Source: an uncultured Gammaproteobacteria bacterium (GTDB lineage: Bacteria > Patescibacteriota > Patescibacteriia > Magasanikbacterales > UBA922). Taken from it: a stretch of DNA of 64,000 nucleotides. The position numbers and the translations under genes are program-made. The DNA lies in assembly GCA_964550845.1 (NCBI GenBank), contig CAZKAD010000003.1, forward strand, positions 447-64,446, given 5' to 3'. The notes under the pieces are model-generated. The model had not been told where the DNA came from. It saw only the letters and a list, made by a program, of their open reading frames with translations, and searched no databases. Each line of letters opens with the position of its first letter. Position 1 is the first letter of the stretch. Below are positions 35,352 through 45,193 of this stretch, piece by piece.

Positions 35352-37354
35352 TTTTCTCCAAGTTGAAATCTTTTTCTTGACAATGATTCAGTCAAGTCTT
35401 CAATTTTTTCCGCTGGCTGATACATTTGAATTGAGCCAAATTTCTCCATCACTTCTTCGAGAGGGGCTGATGCTTGAGTTTTCCTTCCTCGTCGAACTCC
35501 GTTCAGATCAAGGGGATTGATAAACATTCGATGGAGAGGAATGTTTCTTTGAATTTGACATCCTTTGTATTCCTCTTGAGGGAAATACAGCTTACCTTCG
35601 GGGGTATAAGCTTCATTAGTAATTGCAGGAATAATTACGGGTCCTCGTTCAGTAATCGCTGGAGCAATAACGAAGTGCCGGAATTTTTCTCGCTCATACT
35701 TGAATGCCAACATCGATTGGACAAAATCTTCATAAAGCACCAAAATATCAACATCAAAATGCAATAAAATCAAAGGAGTATTTTTATCGACATTTAGGTC
35801 GTCATTGGAGAGGCATGGGAAATGAACCGTAAAAGTTTGGGTCGATTTTCTTCCGGGTGAAGAAGTTTCGATTAATCCAAAAATAAACCTCCTTAATCGA
35901 GAGAGTGTACTTCTCCGAATATAACCATTTTGAGCTTCATCGAGAACATTTTGACAATAACGAACAACCCCATAGAAATATCTACGAATCTTATCACTCG
36001 GTGCTAAAATCTTAAACCAATTGATTGGATCAACTTTCTCATATCGAGCTCTCAATTCTCGAGTTCCTCGATCTGCTTCTTCGATATAAGGCGCGACTAA
36101 TCCGCGAACATGTTCGTCAAGATTACCAGTTAATTGAACCGGAATTTGTTTATTTCTTTGAACTCGAAGAATCTTATTAATTTCTCCTGCAAGATCTTCA
36201 ACCATTGCAATTGCATTCTTTCCATCGGGAAAGACGTTCAAAAATCTGGTGTACAATCTTTCTCCAAATTCACTTAGATAACCCATCATTTGTTCAAATG
36301 AATAGCAATAAACCGAATTTCCAAATGAAATGATTAAGTTCGAATTCTTTTTCAAATGTTGATCTACATCAATCTCTGCATTTCCCATCTCAGTTATTTG
36401 TAGACACTTGTCAGGTAATGATTCTTCTTGATTCAGAAAATTAACTGGAGCTCGTTCGTTACTTGAACTGGTGTAATAAACCTTACCATCAGCAATCAAA
36501 TAAGTTACACCTGATTTGTAATCATGGAAAAATTGAGGCATCTCGTCTTCTCCTCGGGCAAGGAAATTCCAATGATTTCGAAATCCGATTGCAACTGTTG
36601 GTCCGTAGCTTGCCGTACCTCCATTTTTCTTTGATTTTTCAGGCCAAGGCAAATTGTTGTTTAAAATGTAAGAGAGTGGATAATCAGCGTTCTTCAAATG
36701 GATCAATGTTGTCCAATTAAATTTAAATCCGCGATCCTGATACTTATGAATTCGTTTGAGTGTTCGAAGCCATTCAAAAGGAGATTGAGTTTCAATTGCC
36801 TTCATTCCGATTGAAGTTTCTTTCTCTGGTAAATAAGTCAGATCAAACATAGTGAAAAATTTTTGTCCATCAAAAAATACTTTACAAACATCGATGTCAA
36901 AATTATTGATTGCGCTCAAAATTGGGTAGGTACTTTCTTTCTCATCTTCATCGGTGTAAAGAACAATAATTTGCACACGAGGAAATTTAGCCTTTTGAAT
37001 ATGATGAAGAAAATGAATATGTTTAACCGTACTTCCAAATCGTAGATAATCTTCGCTTAAACTCTCGGTTCCAAGTTGGCTTGGTAGTTCATAGTCAAGT
37101 TGAAGAAAGTAACTGATTAAATTTTTAACTCCTCTTTGATTTGAGGTCCAAATGTCAACATCTGAATCTGACCATACAACATTCATGATCATTTGAAGAG
37201 GGAAACTTCCGGCGACAACTGCTTGGGACGATCGAAGCACATTTCCAAAGTCTGGGAAGATATTGAATAAATCTTGAACGTTTTTATGGAGCACAACTTT
37301 GTCAATTCGGAGTTGTCCACTTGAAAGTGGTTTGACCTTTTCTTTCAGATCCAT
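35348..37354 (-). CDS. Large protein with a pol-beta-type nucleotidyltransferase-fold motif; tandem paralog of 37391..39592
   Basis: AGSFPLQMIMNVVWSDSDVDIW fits hG[GS]-x(9-13)-DhDh. A third acidic site is FDIDVCKVF. The two copies share FEWLRTLKRIHKYQDRGFKF / YEWFRTLRRVEKYMSRGFSF. Confidence 0.7.
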   Translation of the reverse strand: MDLKEKVKPLSSGQLRIDKVVLHKNVQDLFNIFPDFGNVLRSSQAVVAGSFPLQMIMNVVWSDSDVDIWTSNQRGVKNLISYFLQLDYELPSQLGTESLSEDYLRFGSTVKHIHFLHHIQKAKFPRVQIIVLYTDEDEKESTYPILSAINNFDIDVCKVFFDGQKFFTMFDLTYLPEKETSIGMKAIETQSPFEWLRTLKRIHKYQDRGFKFNWTTLIHLKNADYPLSYILNNNLPWPEKSKKNGGTASYGPTVAIGFRNHWNFLARGEDEMPQFFHDYKSGVTYLIADGKVYYTSSSNERAPVNFLNQEESLPDKCLQITEMGNAEIDVDQHLKKNSNLIISFGNSVYCYSFEQMMGYLSEFGERLYTRFLNVFPDGKNAIAMVEDLAGEINKILRVQRNKQIPVQLTGNLDEHVRGLVAPYIEEADRGTRELRARYEKVDPINWFKILAPSDKIRRYFYGVVRYCQNVLDEAQNGYIRRSTLSRLRRFIFGLIETSSPGRKSTQTFTVHFPCLSNDDLNVDKNTPLILLHFDVDILVLYEDFVQSMLAFKYEREKFRHFVIAPAITERGPVIIPAITNEAYTPEGKLYFPQEEYKGCQIQRNIPLHRMFINPLDLNGVRRGRKTQASAPLEEVMEKFGSIQMYQPAEKIEDLTESLSRKRFQLGEK

Positions 37355-37390
37355 TTTTGGATCGGAAATTTTTATTCTTTTTCTTTCGAA

Positions 37391-39592
37391 TTATTCTTTT
37401 CTTCCATTCCCAGATGAATACCGAAGAATTTCTTCTTCATTGATTGGCTCTTCTTCCGGTTCAAGTCCCGAAGGGACGGATTCAAGTCCCGAAGGGACGG
37501 ATTCAACCGTTTGTTGAATTGGTGGAGGAGGTGATAATTGTTCAATCACTAGAGGAGATCTCCGAATTCCTTTGAGTCGTTCGGCATCTTCGGGTTGAAT
37601 ATTCTTTTTGTCAACAACAGTGTAACTCTTTCCATCAGGTCGATAAATGTGCTGTTCCTTTCGATAGAGTTGATAAACAAGTTTCTCCGATCCAGCTTGA
37701 CAGTGATCGGCCGAAATGTACAATTCGCTTTGTTTTTGTTCATCGTTGACTAAACCATAATTAATTGTGTAATCGAGACGTTTGTGATATCCTCGTTCAT
37801 CTTTCATTGGCTTGAGGACAAAATGTCTCGCTCCAAAAAAGAAGGAGTCAATTGCCATCGTAACCTGTTTAAGTGGAATCAGGAAGTTTCCAGTGAGTCG
37901 AAGAAGAAAATATCCATCTTCAAGAGGGGGATTTTTTGGACTTTTATCTTTACCTGAACAACCAAAGAAAATATTCGAATTTCTTTCACTCGTTTTCCCT
38001 GTGATGTAATATTGATTCTTAATCAGATTAAAAATGCCGTAAACATTGCCTATCATCACTTCGGAATTGTTTGACGCGTCGTCGTTCAAATCCGACAAAC
38101 TATTTGCAATATAGTTCAAGTCTGGATAGTGCCTCAATACACGATTAAAGTTGACATGTTTACTCACTTCTTCTTCAAACTTTTCAAACTGCTCGACCCA
38201 ATTCTTAATGAGTTTATTGAGAAAAGGGAGGATTGAACGATTGCACTGAAATTCTTCCAGATTCCAATTGCAAGAATTTTTGTAAAGAAATCTCAAAGCA
38301 TCGCGATAAGACATCACAGTTGAGCAAAATGGAGTCATAAATTCTTGAGCTTTTGCCAAAAGAGCAATTTTAGGGGAAGATTCAATTCCTTCTGAAGAAT
38401 TTACTTGGAATTGTCTAAGCTCGGGAAATTCAAATCCAAACTCGTTCGGGTCAAACGAAAAAAGTTTGAGAAAATGTTCAATTGAGAAGCAATAAATTTG
38501 ATCTCCAACTTGAATAGTCGCTTTGAAAGTATCTTCAATTTGATCGAATTTTGTCTCATCAAACATAATATAATCGAAGCATTTTGTCGGAAGATCTTCT
38601 TCAATCAATTCGATCGCCTTTCCGAAATCTTTCTTTATTAATTCGATTGAATAGATTACTTCACCATGAATATAGAAATGAAGATGATTGAGTGTCAAGA
38701 CAAGATGGGGAATTTCACCAATTTTTGAAATTTGATCGGCAAGTGAATTCCATTTATTGACATAAGCGTCGACAAAATTTGTACCATATTCATGTGGATA
38801 ATAAGGATATGGCTCTTCTGGTTTTGGATAAACTTTGGCGTACTTTCGAATAAAATTGTACATCGGAGATTCATGAAGAGCATAGTCGAGTCCGGACCAG
38901 TCGAATGAAAATCCTCTTGACATATACTTTTCAACACGACGAAGCGTTCGGAACCATTCATATGGAGACTGTTCAAAAATGGCATTTGAATTGAGTGATG
39001 TTTTACGTTGTTTCAAGTTGGTATTTTCAAATGAAGTGATCAGTTTCTCTCCATCTGTAAACACACAACAAGCGTCAATGTCAAACGATTCGACGAGATC
39101 TTTTAAAGCAACGTTTGCATGAGTTAAAATTGCTTGAACATCAGGTTTCCTTCTATTTGTATCTTGGTAAACGTAGATTGTTCTCACCCATCTCTTCAAT
39201 CTTGAATATGTGTCAGATTCAGTCAAGACAGTTCCATGCTTTACAGGAAGATTATATCCCTGTGCAAGGAGATAAGAAGAGAGTTTTCGAAGTTTATCTT
39301 TATCAGCAATCCAAATATCTACATCCGAATCGCCCCATTTTTCTCCAATTAAATGTTGAAGGGGGAAACTACCTGCAATAATCATTTCATTTTGAGAGAG
39401 AAGATCTTGGAGTCCTGGAAATTGATTGTCAAACCAATTCTGTAGTGAATCTGGCAATCGATGAATCGAAACTTTTCTCTGAACATCAGAAGCTTCACTG
39501 ACTGATTTCAATAAGAAGGGGAATTTATTTTCTGCGATCCCTTCGTTATCGAGCTGCGATGAAGTCGCGCCCATGTTGTCTTTTCCATTCAT
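37391..39592 (-). CDS. Large protein with a pol-beta-type nucleotidyltransferase-fold motif; tandem paralog of 35348..37354
   Basis: AGSFPLQHLIGEKWGDSDVDIW and FDIDACCVF. The C-terminus has a duplicated SVPSGLE repeat (the DNA repeat ccgaagggacggattcaagtc x2 at about 37460..37505). Confidence 0.7.
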   Translation of the reverse strand: MNGKDNMGATSSQLDNEGIAENKFPFLLKSVSEASDVQRKVSIHRLPDSLQNWFDNQFPGLQDLLSQNEMIIAGSFPLQHLIGEKWGDSDVDIWIADKDKLRKLSSYLLAQGYNLPVKHGTVLTESDTYSRLKRWVRTIYVYQDTNRRKPDVQAILTHANVALKDLVESFDIDACCVFTDGEKLITSFENTNLKQRKTSLNSNAIFEQSPYEWFRTLRRVEKYMSRGFSFDWSGLDYALHESPMYNFIRKYAKVYPKPEEPYPYYPHEYGTNFVDAYVNKWNSLADQISKIGEIPHLVLTLNHLHFYIHGEVIYSIELIKKDFGKAIELIEEDLPTKCFDYIMFDETKFDQIEDTFKATIQVGDQIYCFSIEHFLKLFSFDPNEFGFEFPELRQFQVNSSEGIESSPKIALLAKAQEFMTPFCSTVMSYRDALRFLYKNSCNWNLEEFQCNRSILPFLNKLIKNWVEQFEKFEEEVSKHVNFNRVLRHYPDLNYIANSLSDLNDDASNNSEVMIGNVYGIFNLIKNQYYITGKTSERNSNIFFGCSGKDKSPKNPPLEDGYFLLRLTGNFLIPLKQVTMAIDSFFFGARHFVLKPMKDERGYHKRLDYTINYGLVNDEQKQSELYISADHCQAGSEKLVYQLYRKEQHIYRPDGKSYTVVDKKNIQPEDAERLKGIRRSPLVIEQLSPPPPIQQTVESVPSGLESVPSGLEPEEEPINEEEILRYSSGNGRKE

Positions 39593-39626
39593 TTAAAAAA
39601 AGTTTTTTCAAATTAAATACATTCCA

Positions 39627-39875
39627 ATGTCACTTCGGCTAAATTCAAGGATGATGACTCCAAATCGAATCCAACTTGGGGAAGTTTTTGGTGTTCCAAT
39701 CTCAACAGGTAGCGTCGGAAGTTCCGGAAGCAATGAAAATGGAGAAGACATTCGATCAATTGATGAACCTGAGCCAACGCCTCCAAGTGCATGTTCTGGT
39801 GCTCAACAAGGTCTTCGAGAAGACTTGATTCAAGCTCGAATCAATGCGATGACAATGAAAAATCGATATGAATAA
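39627..39875 (+). CDS. Hypothetical small protein
   Basis: 82-aa ORF in a gap between larger genes. Confidence 0.35.
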   Translation: MSLRLNSRMMTPNRIQLGEVFGVPISTGSVGSSGSNENGEDIRSIDEPEPTPPSACSGAQQGLREDLIQARINAMTMKNRYE

Positions 39876-39971
39876 AGATGTGAAATTGAAAAATGATTTT
39901 TTTTGACAGAAAAGAAGGGAAAAATTGTAAAACAGACTCACTTTGATATTTGTTGAAGTATCAAATTGAAA

Positions 39972-40847
39972 ATGTCAATCCGTCTTCATACAATTTCTCG
40001 CGATGTGAATGGTGAACGAAAGGAGTTCATCCAAGCTCTGCCTGCCAAGTTTGACAGTAAGAGATGTGGCTATGGTGATCAGTGTAAACGATTCATCGAG
40101 TACTGGTCGGCGTTCGAACAAAACGTCTTGCCTCATCGAGGAAGAAAGCTTTATCAACAAGCTTTAAAAGCCCATCAAGAAATCTTTAGTGATCCGACCA
40201 AAAAATGTGGGCGAGTTCATCCTACTGAGTTCCCTCATGAGTACGAGTTTCGTACCCAACTGGTGTGGCCAAGTATTCCACATGGTCAAGAGCAATACCT
40301 AAGAAATACTGCTTACTGTGTCGATTACTTTGGTGCATTTCCACTTGGTAAGTGTAAGCGCAAAGATTGTGCTCAAGCTCATGATGTGAAACAACTGGTT
40401 CCACGATTGTGCTTTGATCGTTTGACTTGTCCGTCATATTGCAATCAAACTGGAGAATGCCCTCGTCTTCACCAAGATATCTTGGGGAAGAAATGTGAAA
40501 CAATTGAGGAATGGATGAATCGAACTGGTGATTGTCTCTATCAACCTTTGAACGATATTATTCTACTCGCCAAGATGAAAATCAAGGCGAGAATGAGAAA
40601 ATATGATGACATTCACTTTCAACTCAATGGACGCAAGATTCCAAAGAATAAGAAAAACAAGCCTGCAGTCGAAATCACTTTTGAGAGTGATGAAAGTGAT
40701 GAGAGTGATGAAAGCGAAAAAGAAGAAAGCTCTTGCAATAATAACAATAACAAGAGTGAAAAAGAAAGTCTGTCAAAAACCGAACCAATGGTTTTGTCTG
40801 TTGAAGTGCTTGAACGAACTGTCTCGGCAATTTCATCGAATGAATAA
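39972..40847 (+). CDS. Cys/His-rich protein with an acidic ESDESDESDE tail
   Basis: ATG at 39972 (the listed start at 39966 is a TTG). It contains many Cys, e.g. CGYGDQC, CGRVHP, CKRKDCAQAH and CPSYCNQTGEC. Confidence 0.6.
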   Translation: MSIRLHTISRDVNGERKEFIQALPAKFDSKRCGYGDQCKRFIEYWSAFEQNVLPHRGRKLYQQALKAHQEIFSDPTKKCGRVHPTEFPHEYEFRTQLVWPSIPHGQEQYLRNTAYCVDYFGAFPLGKCKRKDCAQAHDVKQLVPRLCFDRLTCPSYCNQTGECPRLHQDILGKKCETIEEWMNRTGDCLYQPLNDIILLAKMKIKARMRKYDDIHFQLNGRKIPKNKKNKPAVEITFESDESDESDESEKEESSCNNNNNKSEKESLSKTEPMVLSVEVLERTVSAISSNE

Positions 40848-40874
40848 CTGACCGATAACCATCATTACAAAAAT

Positions 40875-40966
40875 CTTTTCCCTTTGGGGAAAAGATAGAC
40901 CCACTTTTGACCAGTCCTCGGGACGTTTAATTAGTTCAAAAAAAATCTTGAAGGGACGTTCAATTT
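40875..40966. terminator. Hairpin CTTTTCCCtttGGGGAAAAG plus two copies of the conserved palindromic element (CCAGTCCtcGGGACGTTTAA; GAAGGGACGTTCAA) between convergent genes
   Basis: Direct reading. Located between the stops of 39972..40847 (+) and 40965..42179 (-). Confidence 0.6.
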
Positions 40967-42179
40967 ATTCTGCTTCAAAAAAGCTTTCAATATCATTGTA
41001 AATACGATTAATCAAGGATTCATCGGCAACTTTCTCTTGAATAGCTTTATTAAGATTTTGTTTGAATTCTGGCAAACGCGATTTGTCAACTTTGCTAACC
41101 GCACTAATCATTTCGGGTATTTCCTCTTGCTTTATCTTAGGATCTAGAATAGACACAATTGTTAAAGCCAATGCAAAATGATCTGCTTTCACAGAAGGTG
41201 GAATGTGATAATTCAATGCATCTAACAATCCAGATGTTTTATCGACATTTCGACATTGAAGCAACGAAGAACTCTCTTTTGTAAAACAACTCTTTCCGAG
41301 ATCTGACAGCGTGGCAACCGGTTTTCCATTTTTCTCGAAGACGAGAATGTTCTTTGGTGCAATTCTTCCATGAACAATACCGTACATATGGAGTACTTCA
41401 AGTTGGTTGTATATTTGGTCGTAAATATCTTCCACCCATTTTGATTTCAATTCTGAAGGCAGTTCAAACAACGGAATTCCAGGATTCCATTTGTAGACCA
41501 GATAGATTATGTTCGGACTAACCTTAAAATCAAGTAACGGAATAAATTCGTTTTCAAATTGAGAGCCGAGTTGGTTCGAAATTTCCCTTAACATTTCAAG
41601 TTCGTGAAGAGGGATAAACTTTCCCATTCCTCCCACAGTGTTTTTCATTGATTTAATGAAAACCTTTTCTTTAGTTGTATCGTCCTGGCCTTCGTATGCA
41701 ATTGATTCTCCATTTGATGAGATTTGCCTTCCAATTGAAAAAGATTTGTTAGAATCGGTAACAAATCCGATTCGACTTCGAGAAATTTCTCCAATACTTT
41801 TTGGAAGTTGAGGTGAAAATTCGGCGATTAATCTTTTCGAGTTACGAAGAGAAGGGAACTTTTCTCGTGATTTTGAACGGAGCTTTTCAGCGAGTAAGTA
41901 ATCTGCATTTTCGGGTAAGATCCGAATTGGCGACGTTCTTTTTGGATGATCATTCAATTTTCTCTTTCCACTATAAGTTTTGATTGATGCTTTTCTCTTC
42001 GAGGAACTCTTCCTTTTCTTCGGACTTGGACTCTTCCTTTTCTTTGGACTCTTCCTTTTCTTTGGGCTTCGAGAAGATTTACGACTTTGTCGCTTTGATC
42101 GGGAAGATTTACGATTTCGTCTCTTTGATCGGGAAGATTTACGACTTTGTCGCTTTGATCGAGATTTTGATTTGGGCAT
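40965..42179 (-). CDS. Protein-kinase-like domain (probable pseudokinase) fused to an N-terminal SPKK/RS-rich basic tail
   Basis: N-terminus MPKSKSRSKRQSRKSSRSKRRNRKSSRSKRQSRKSSRSPKKRKSPKKRKSPSPKKRKSS. Kinase-like core: VFIKSMK, IVHGRIAPKNILVF (where canonical HRDLKPENIL has its catalytic Asp replaced) and LSDLGKS (DLG). Confidence 0.65.
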   Translation of the reverse strand: MPKSKSRSKRQSRKSSRSKRRNRKSSRSKRQSRKSSRSPKKRKSPKKRKSPSPKKRKSSSKRKASIKTYSGKRKLNDHPKRTSPIRILPENADYLLAEKLRSKSREKFPSLRNSKRLIAEFSPQLPKSIGEISRSRIGFVTDSNKSFSIGRQISSNGESIAYEGQDDTTKEKVFIKSMKNTVGGMGKFIPLHELEMLREISNQLGSQFENEFIPLLDFKVSPNIIYLVYKWNPGIPLFELPSELKSKWVEDIYDQIYNQLEVLHMYGIVHGRIAPKNILVFEKNGKPVATLSDLGKSCFTKESSSLLQCRNVDKTSGLLDALNYHIPPSVKADHFALALTIVSILDPKIKQEEIPEMISAVSKVDKSRLPEFKQNLNKAIQEKVADESLINRIYNDIESFFEAE

Positions 42180-42205
42180 ACCGAACTTCTTTCATTCAGG
42201 AAAAA

Positions 42206-43198
42206 TTAATCAAATATTTTTCGAGAAATTTCAACCAATTCGGCATCATGTTGAATCATTTTGCTCAATTCTTCTCGAAAAGATACTTTTTGCGCAGCCT
42301 TGACCGGAAGATATTGAACAAACTTTTGCTTATAAGCAATTCGAATCCCTTGTTCAAGAAGTTGATGGTATAAAATACCTTGTTTAAAGGTCTTAAACTC
42401 TTCTTCATGTCCGGAAAGAATCAATTTGAATTTTAAATTTTGTTCTGGTTTGAGTAATTGAATTACATTATGATCAAGAGGTAAACTGGCATGAATAGTT
42501 TTCTTCCTTGGAGGATAAATGTTAACTGGAATTATTTCTTTAGTCTCAAGTCGATATTCAGTGAGTAGACAATCTTGAGTCTCTCCAAATGAAACTTGCA
42601 TTGAAGAACCAGTATAATGCAAATTGGGAAAAGGTGTTTGACGGTCGTGAATATGACCAGAGATCATCAAAGGATACTTTTCATCCCAATCTTCAACATT
42701 TTCTGCGACAATAGCACCCATTTTCACTTTATTAAATAATTGATGTCCAAAGAAAAGATCAAAATTTTCAATCTTTTCACCAGAGACTTCAACTGCTTCT
42801 CGAAATCTCCCATCTGGCAGATATGGCATCATGCATATGTTATATTTTTTGTCTTGATGGAAAAGTTCAACTTTAGTTAGACGATCTACAATTTGATGAT
42901 CTTTCTTCCATGTTAAATAAGGATGGAGATCTGAGAGAAATTGCGCATTGTTTACATACTCATGATTGCCAACTAGAACATAAGTCGAAGAGTATTTTTC
43001 GCAAAGTTGTACATATTCGAGCATCTTATTCAGACAGAGAGTATGTAAAGTTTCATGTGTATGAAGAGTGTCACCGAGGATAATAATCAATTGATATTTT
43101 GATTGACTCAAATGTTTCTCAAGTTGTGTAAGAAAGACATTAATTTCTGCAAGATTACTCGGTTGAATATGAAGATCTCCAAGAGCCAAAATACTCAT
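42206..43198 (-). CDS. Calcineurin-like metallophosphoesterase
   Basis: Motifs ALGDLH, ILGDTLH, GNHEY and SGHIHD. Start set at the internal Met (MSILALGDLH), which removes the overlap with 43227..43496. Confidence 0.7.
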   Translation of the reverse strand: MSILALGDLHIQPSNLAEINVFLTQLEKHLSQSKYQLIIILGDTLHTHETLHTLCLNKMLEYVQLCEKYSSTYVLVGNHEYVNNAQFLSDLHPYLTWKKDHQIVDRLTKVELFHQDKKYNICMMPYLPDGRFREAVEVSGEKIENFDLFFGHQLFNKVKMGAIVAENVEDWDEKYPLMISGHIHDRQTPFPNLHYTGSSMQVSFGETQDCLLTEYRLETKEIIPVNIYPPRKKTIHASLPLDHNVIQLLKPEQNLKFKLILSGHEEEFKTFKQGILYHQLLEQGIRIAYKQKFVQYLPVKAAQKVSFREELSKMIQHDAELVEISRKIFD

Positions 43199-43226
43199 TT
43201 TATTTCTCAATTGAGAAACAAAACGT

Positions 43227-43496
43227 TCAATTTTTACGAAACGAATTGTACCATTCGCGAAAGACATCTCGGACTTCGGTGTCACTAAGTTTTGCTAACT
43301 CCTCTTTTGAGATGTATTTGAGAAATACCTTCCGGAGATCTTCTTCGGATAAATATTCAAATCCGACAGTTCGATCACGCTTTTTTAATCTTTGATATCT
43401 TTGTTCAATCGCAAACAAGGCTTCTGTTTTTGTATTGAATGGAAGCGTGATTTCAGACAAAATTTCTGGACTTCCTTCATCCTCAAATGATGCCAT
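43227..43496 (-). CDS. Hypothetical small protein
   Basis: 89-aa ORF with ordinary composition. Confidence 0.45.
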   Translation of the reverse strand: MASFEDEGSPEILSEITLPFNTKTEALFAIEQRYQRLKKRDRTVGFEYLSEEDLRKVFLKYISKEELAKLSDTEVRDVFREWYNSFRKN

Positions 43497-43517
43497 TTTT
43501 CGAAATTTTCGAAGTAA

Positions 43518-43880
43518 TTACAATGGATGAATATAAACTTTTGAATCTGGGGAAAGTTTCGGAATTGCTTGAATCAATTGAACAGTTCCCTTTGAATTGG
43601 CGAGAGGAAAACAGAAAATAAATTCAGGTTTCTCAGATAACATTTGGTTGTTCCTTCGTGGACCAGCTGATGCTCCATATTTACTCCATTCAGGAAAATA
43701 GCGTTTAATCTCCCATTTATGTTCGACTGCAAATTCCTCTGCAAATGTATCAGCTCCTCGACATCCTCCTGAGAGGAGAGTTTTCGAGACATTCGGATGT
43801 TGTCGATCAAATTCGAGAAGAACATCCCAAATTACTTTCTTGTCTGCCCATTCACGAGAGCCGGAAACACAAATTTTCAT
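43518..43880 (-). CDS. DUF2493 / SLOG (YspA-related) domain protein
   Basis: ICVSGSREWAD...LLSGGCRGADTFAEEFA...PEWSKYGASAGPRRNNQM fits the DUF2493 pattern (GSR.W...GGa.GAD..Ae.wA...W..Gk.AGp.RN..M). Confidence 0.55.
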   Translation of the reverse strand: MKICVSGSREWADKKVIWDVLLEFDRQHPNVSKTLLSGGCRGADTFAEEFAVEHKWEIKRYFPEWSKYGASAGPRRNNQMLSEKPEFIFCFPLANSKGTVQLIQAIPKLSPDSKVYIHPL

Positions 43881-43910
43881 GATTAATCGGTTCTTTATGA
43901 CGTTTAATTT

Positions 43911-43934
43911 TTTGATATCAAGAATGATATCAAA
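43911..43934. terminator. Perfect 10-bp hairpin TTTGATATCAagaaTGATATCAAA downstream of the SWIB gene
   Basis: Direct reading. Preceded by GACGTTTAATTTTTT. Confidence 0.55.
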
Positions 43935-44032
43935 AATTCAGTTTTTATTTGCAAGGATTAAAATGTACATTCAAGTTATTTTAAGACTAATATCAAGACT
44001 AAGACTAAGAAATTTATTCAATTATAAGATAT

Positions 44033-44881
44033 TTAGTTTGAAGCACTCGCAACAGTCTCGACAACAGCGGGAGCTGCAACCGAAGCACTTGCCGCTGGAT
44101 CGGCAGGGGCACTCGAAGCAGGGGCACTCGAAGCACTCGCGGCGGCAGCAACACTGGCAGGAGTAGCCTCAAACACGTTCGCCAAAGCCTGTTGGAGATT
44201 GCAATAGGTCAGACGATCACCAGCGGATCGTCGCAACAAAACGGCCAAGGTTTGATCAAGAGTGAAAAACTTCTTTTCCTTTTGGTCCTTGAGACCATTC
44301 TCCTTGATGTACTTACAGAGGAGTTGAGAAATCTCAATACGAGACATCTTATCTCCATGAGGACGCTTGGCGAAGTCAGCCATTGCGTCAGTGACCAATT
44401 GCAACTTTCGGAAACCTCCATTGGGGTTAGAAGTAGGTCGTCGAGTCTTCTTTCGAGAGCTGGTCAACAATCGAGTGGTATCACTTTGAATCTTCTTGAC
44501 ACGAGAACCAATTTGACGCAATAGACGAGATCCAGTAGGAACCGTCGACTTCGGTTGTTGCTCCTTTCGCTCGGCAATTGCCTTCAATTCATCATCAACC
44601 AACTTGAGCACCTCAGCAAAAGCAGCACCCAAAGTGGCCTCAGTAATTTCACGTCTCTGACGAGTCTTCTTCTCCGGAACAGCAGGAGTGGCGGGGACGG
44701 GAACATAAGTAGGGACACCATTAACAATTTGAACTACATAGGTTTGTTGAGGGGGGACGGGAGCAGGAGCCGCAGCTACAGGAGCAGCCATCACAGGGAC
44801 CGCAGCAACGGGAGCGGCCACGGCAACGGGAGCAGGAGTCATAGCAACTTGAGCAGACATTTGAAGTTTTGAGTTTTGCAA
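44033..44881 (-). CDS. SWIB/MDM2-domain protein with an Ala/Pro/Val-rich N-terminus and an Ala/Ser-rich C-terminus
   Basis: MSRIEISQLLCKYIKENGLKDQKEKKFFTLDQTLAVLL, compared with the SWIB consensus SRTEVVKKLWEYIKENNLQDPKNKRKIICDEKL. TCAATTTT lies 47 nt upstream, at 44928..44935. Confidence 0.7.
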   Translation of the reverse strand: MQNSKLQMSAQVAMTPAPVAVAAPVAAVPVMAAPVAAAPAPVPPQQTYVVQIVNGVPTYVPVPATPAVPEKKTRQRREITEATLGAAFAEVLKLVDDELKAIAERKEQQPKSTVPTGSRLLRQIGSRVKKIQSDTTRLLTSSRKKTRRPTSNPNGGFRKLQLVTDAMADFAKRPHGDKMSRIEISQLLCKYIKENGLKDQKEKKFFTLDQTLAVLLRRSAGDRLTYCNLQQALANVFEATPASVAAAASASSAPASSAPADPAASASVAAPAVVETVASASN

Positions 44882-45083
44882 TTCGAGTGAAGAGCGAGGG
44901 TTTTATTTCTAATCCGTTACCTTTAGATCAATTTTTTTGTAGTTTTGTTATTAAAGTGATAACTGAGACTCTTTTTAATTTAACCGGTTCGAAAAGTTTA
45001 AAAAAGAGAAAAATAAACAACCCCGATTAAATCGCGGATAAATTAATGATTCAAAATCGCCTCAAGTGAGCAAATAAAAAATA

Positions 45084-45091
45084 AAAATTGA
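45084..45091 (+). promoter_or_regulatory. AAAATTGA octamer upstream of 45194..46504
   Basis: Exact octamer about 100 nt upstream of the ATG, in a divergent intergenic region. Confidence 0.4.
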
Positions 45092-45193
45092 TTATCTATT
45101 TTTTAATTTGAAGAGAAACCCTCCTTCTTAAAGATCCCAAGTATTTCAAACGCTAAAAACTTTCTCTAAATCGAAAACTTCATTACTTTCAAC

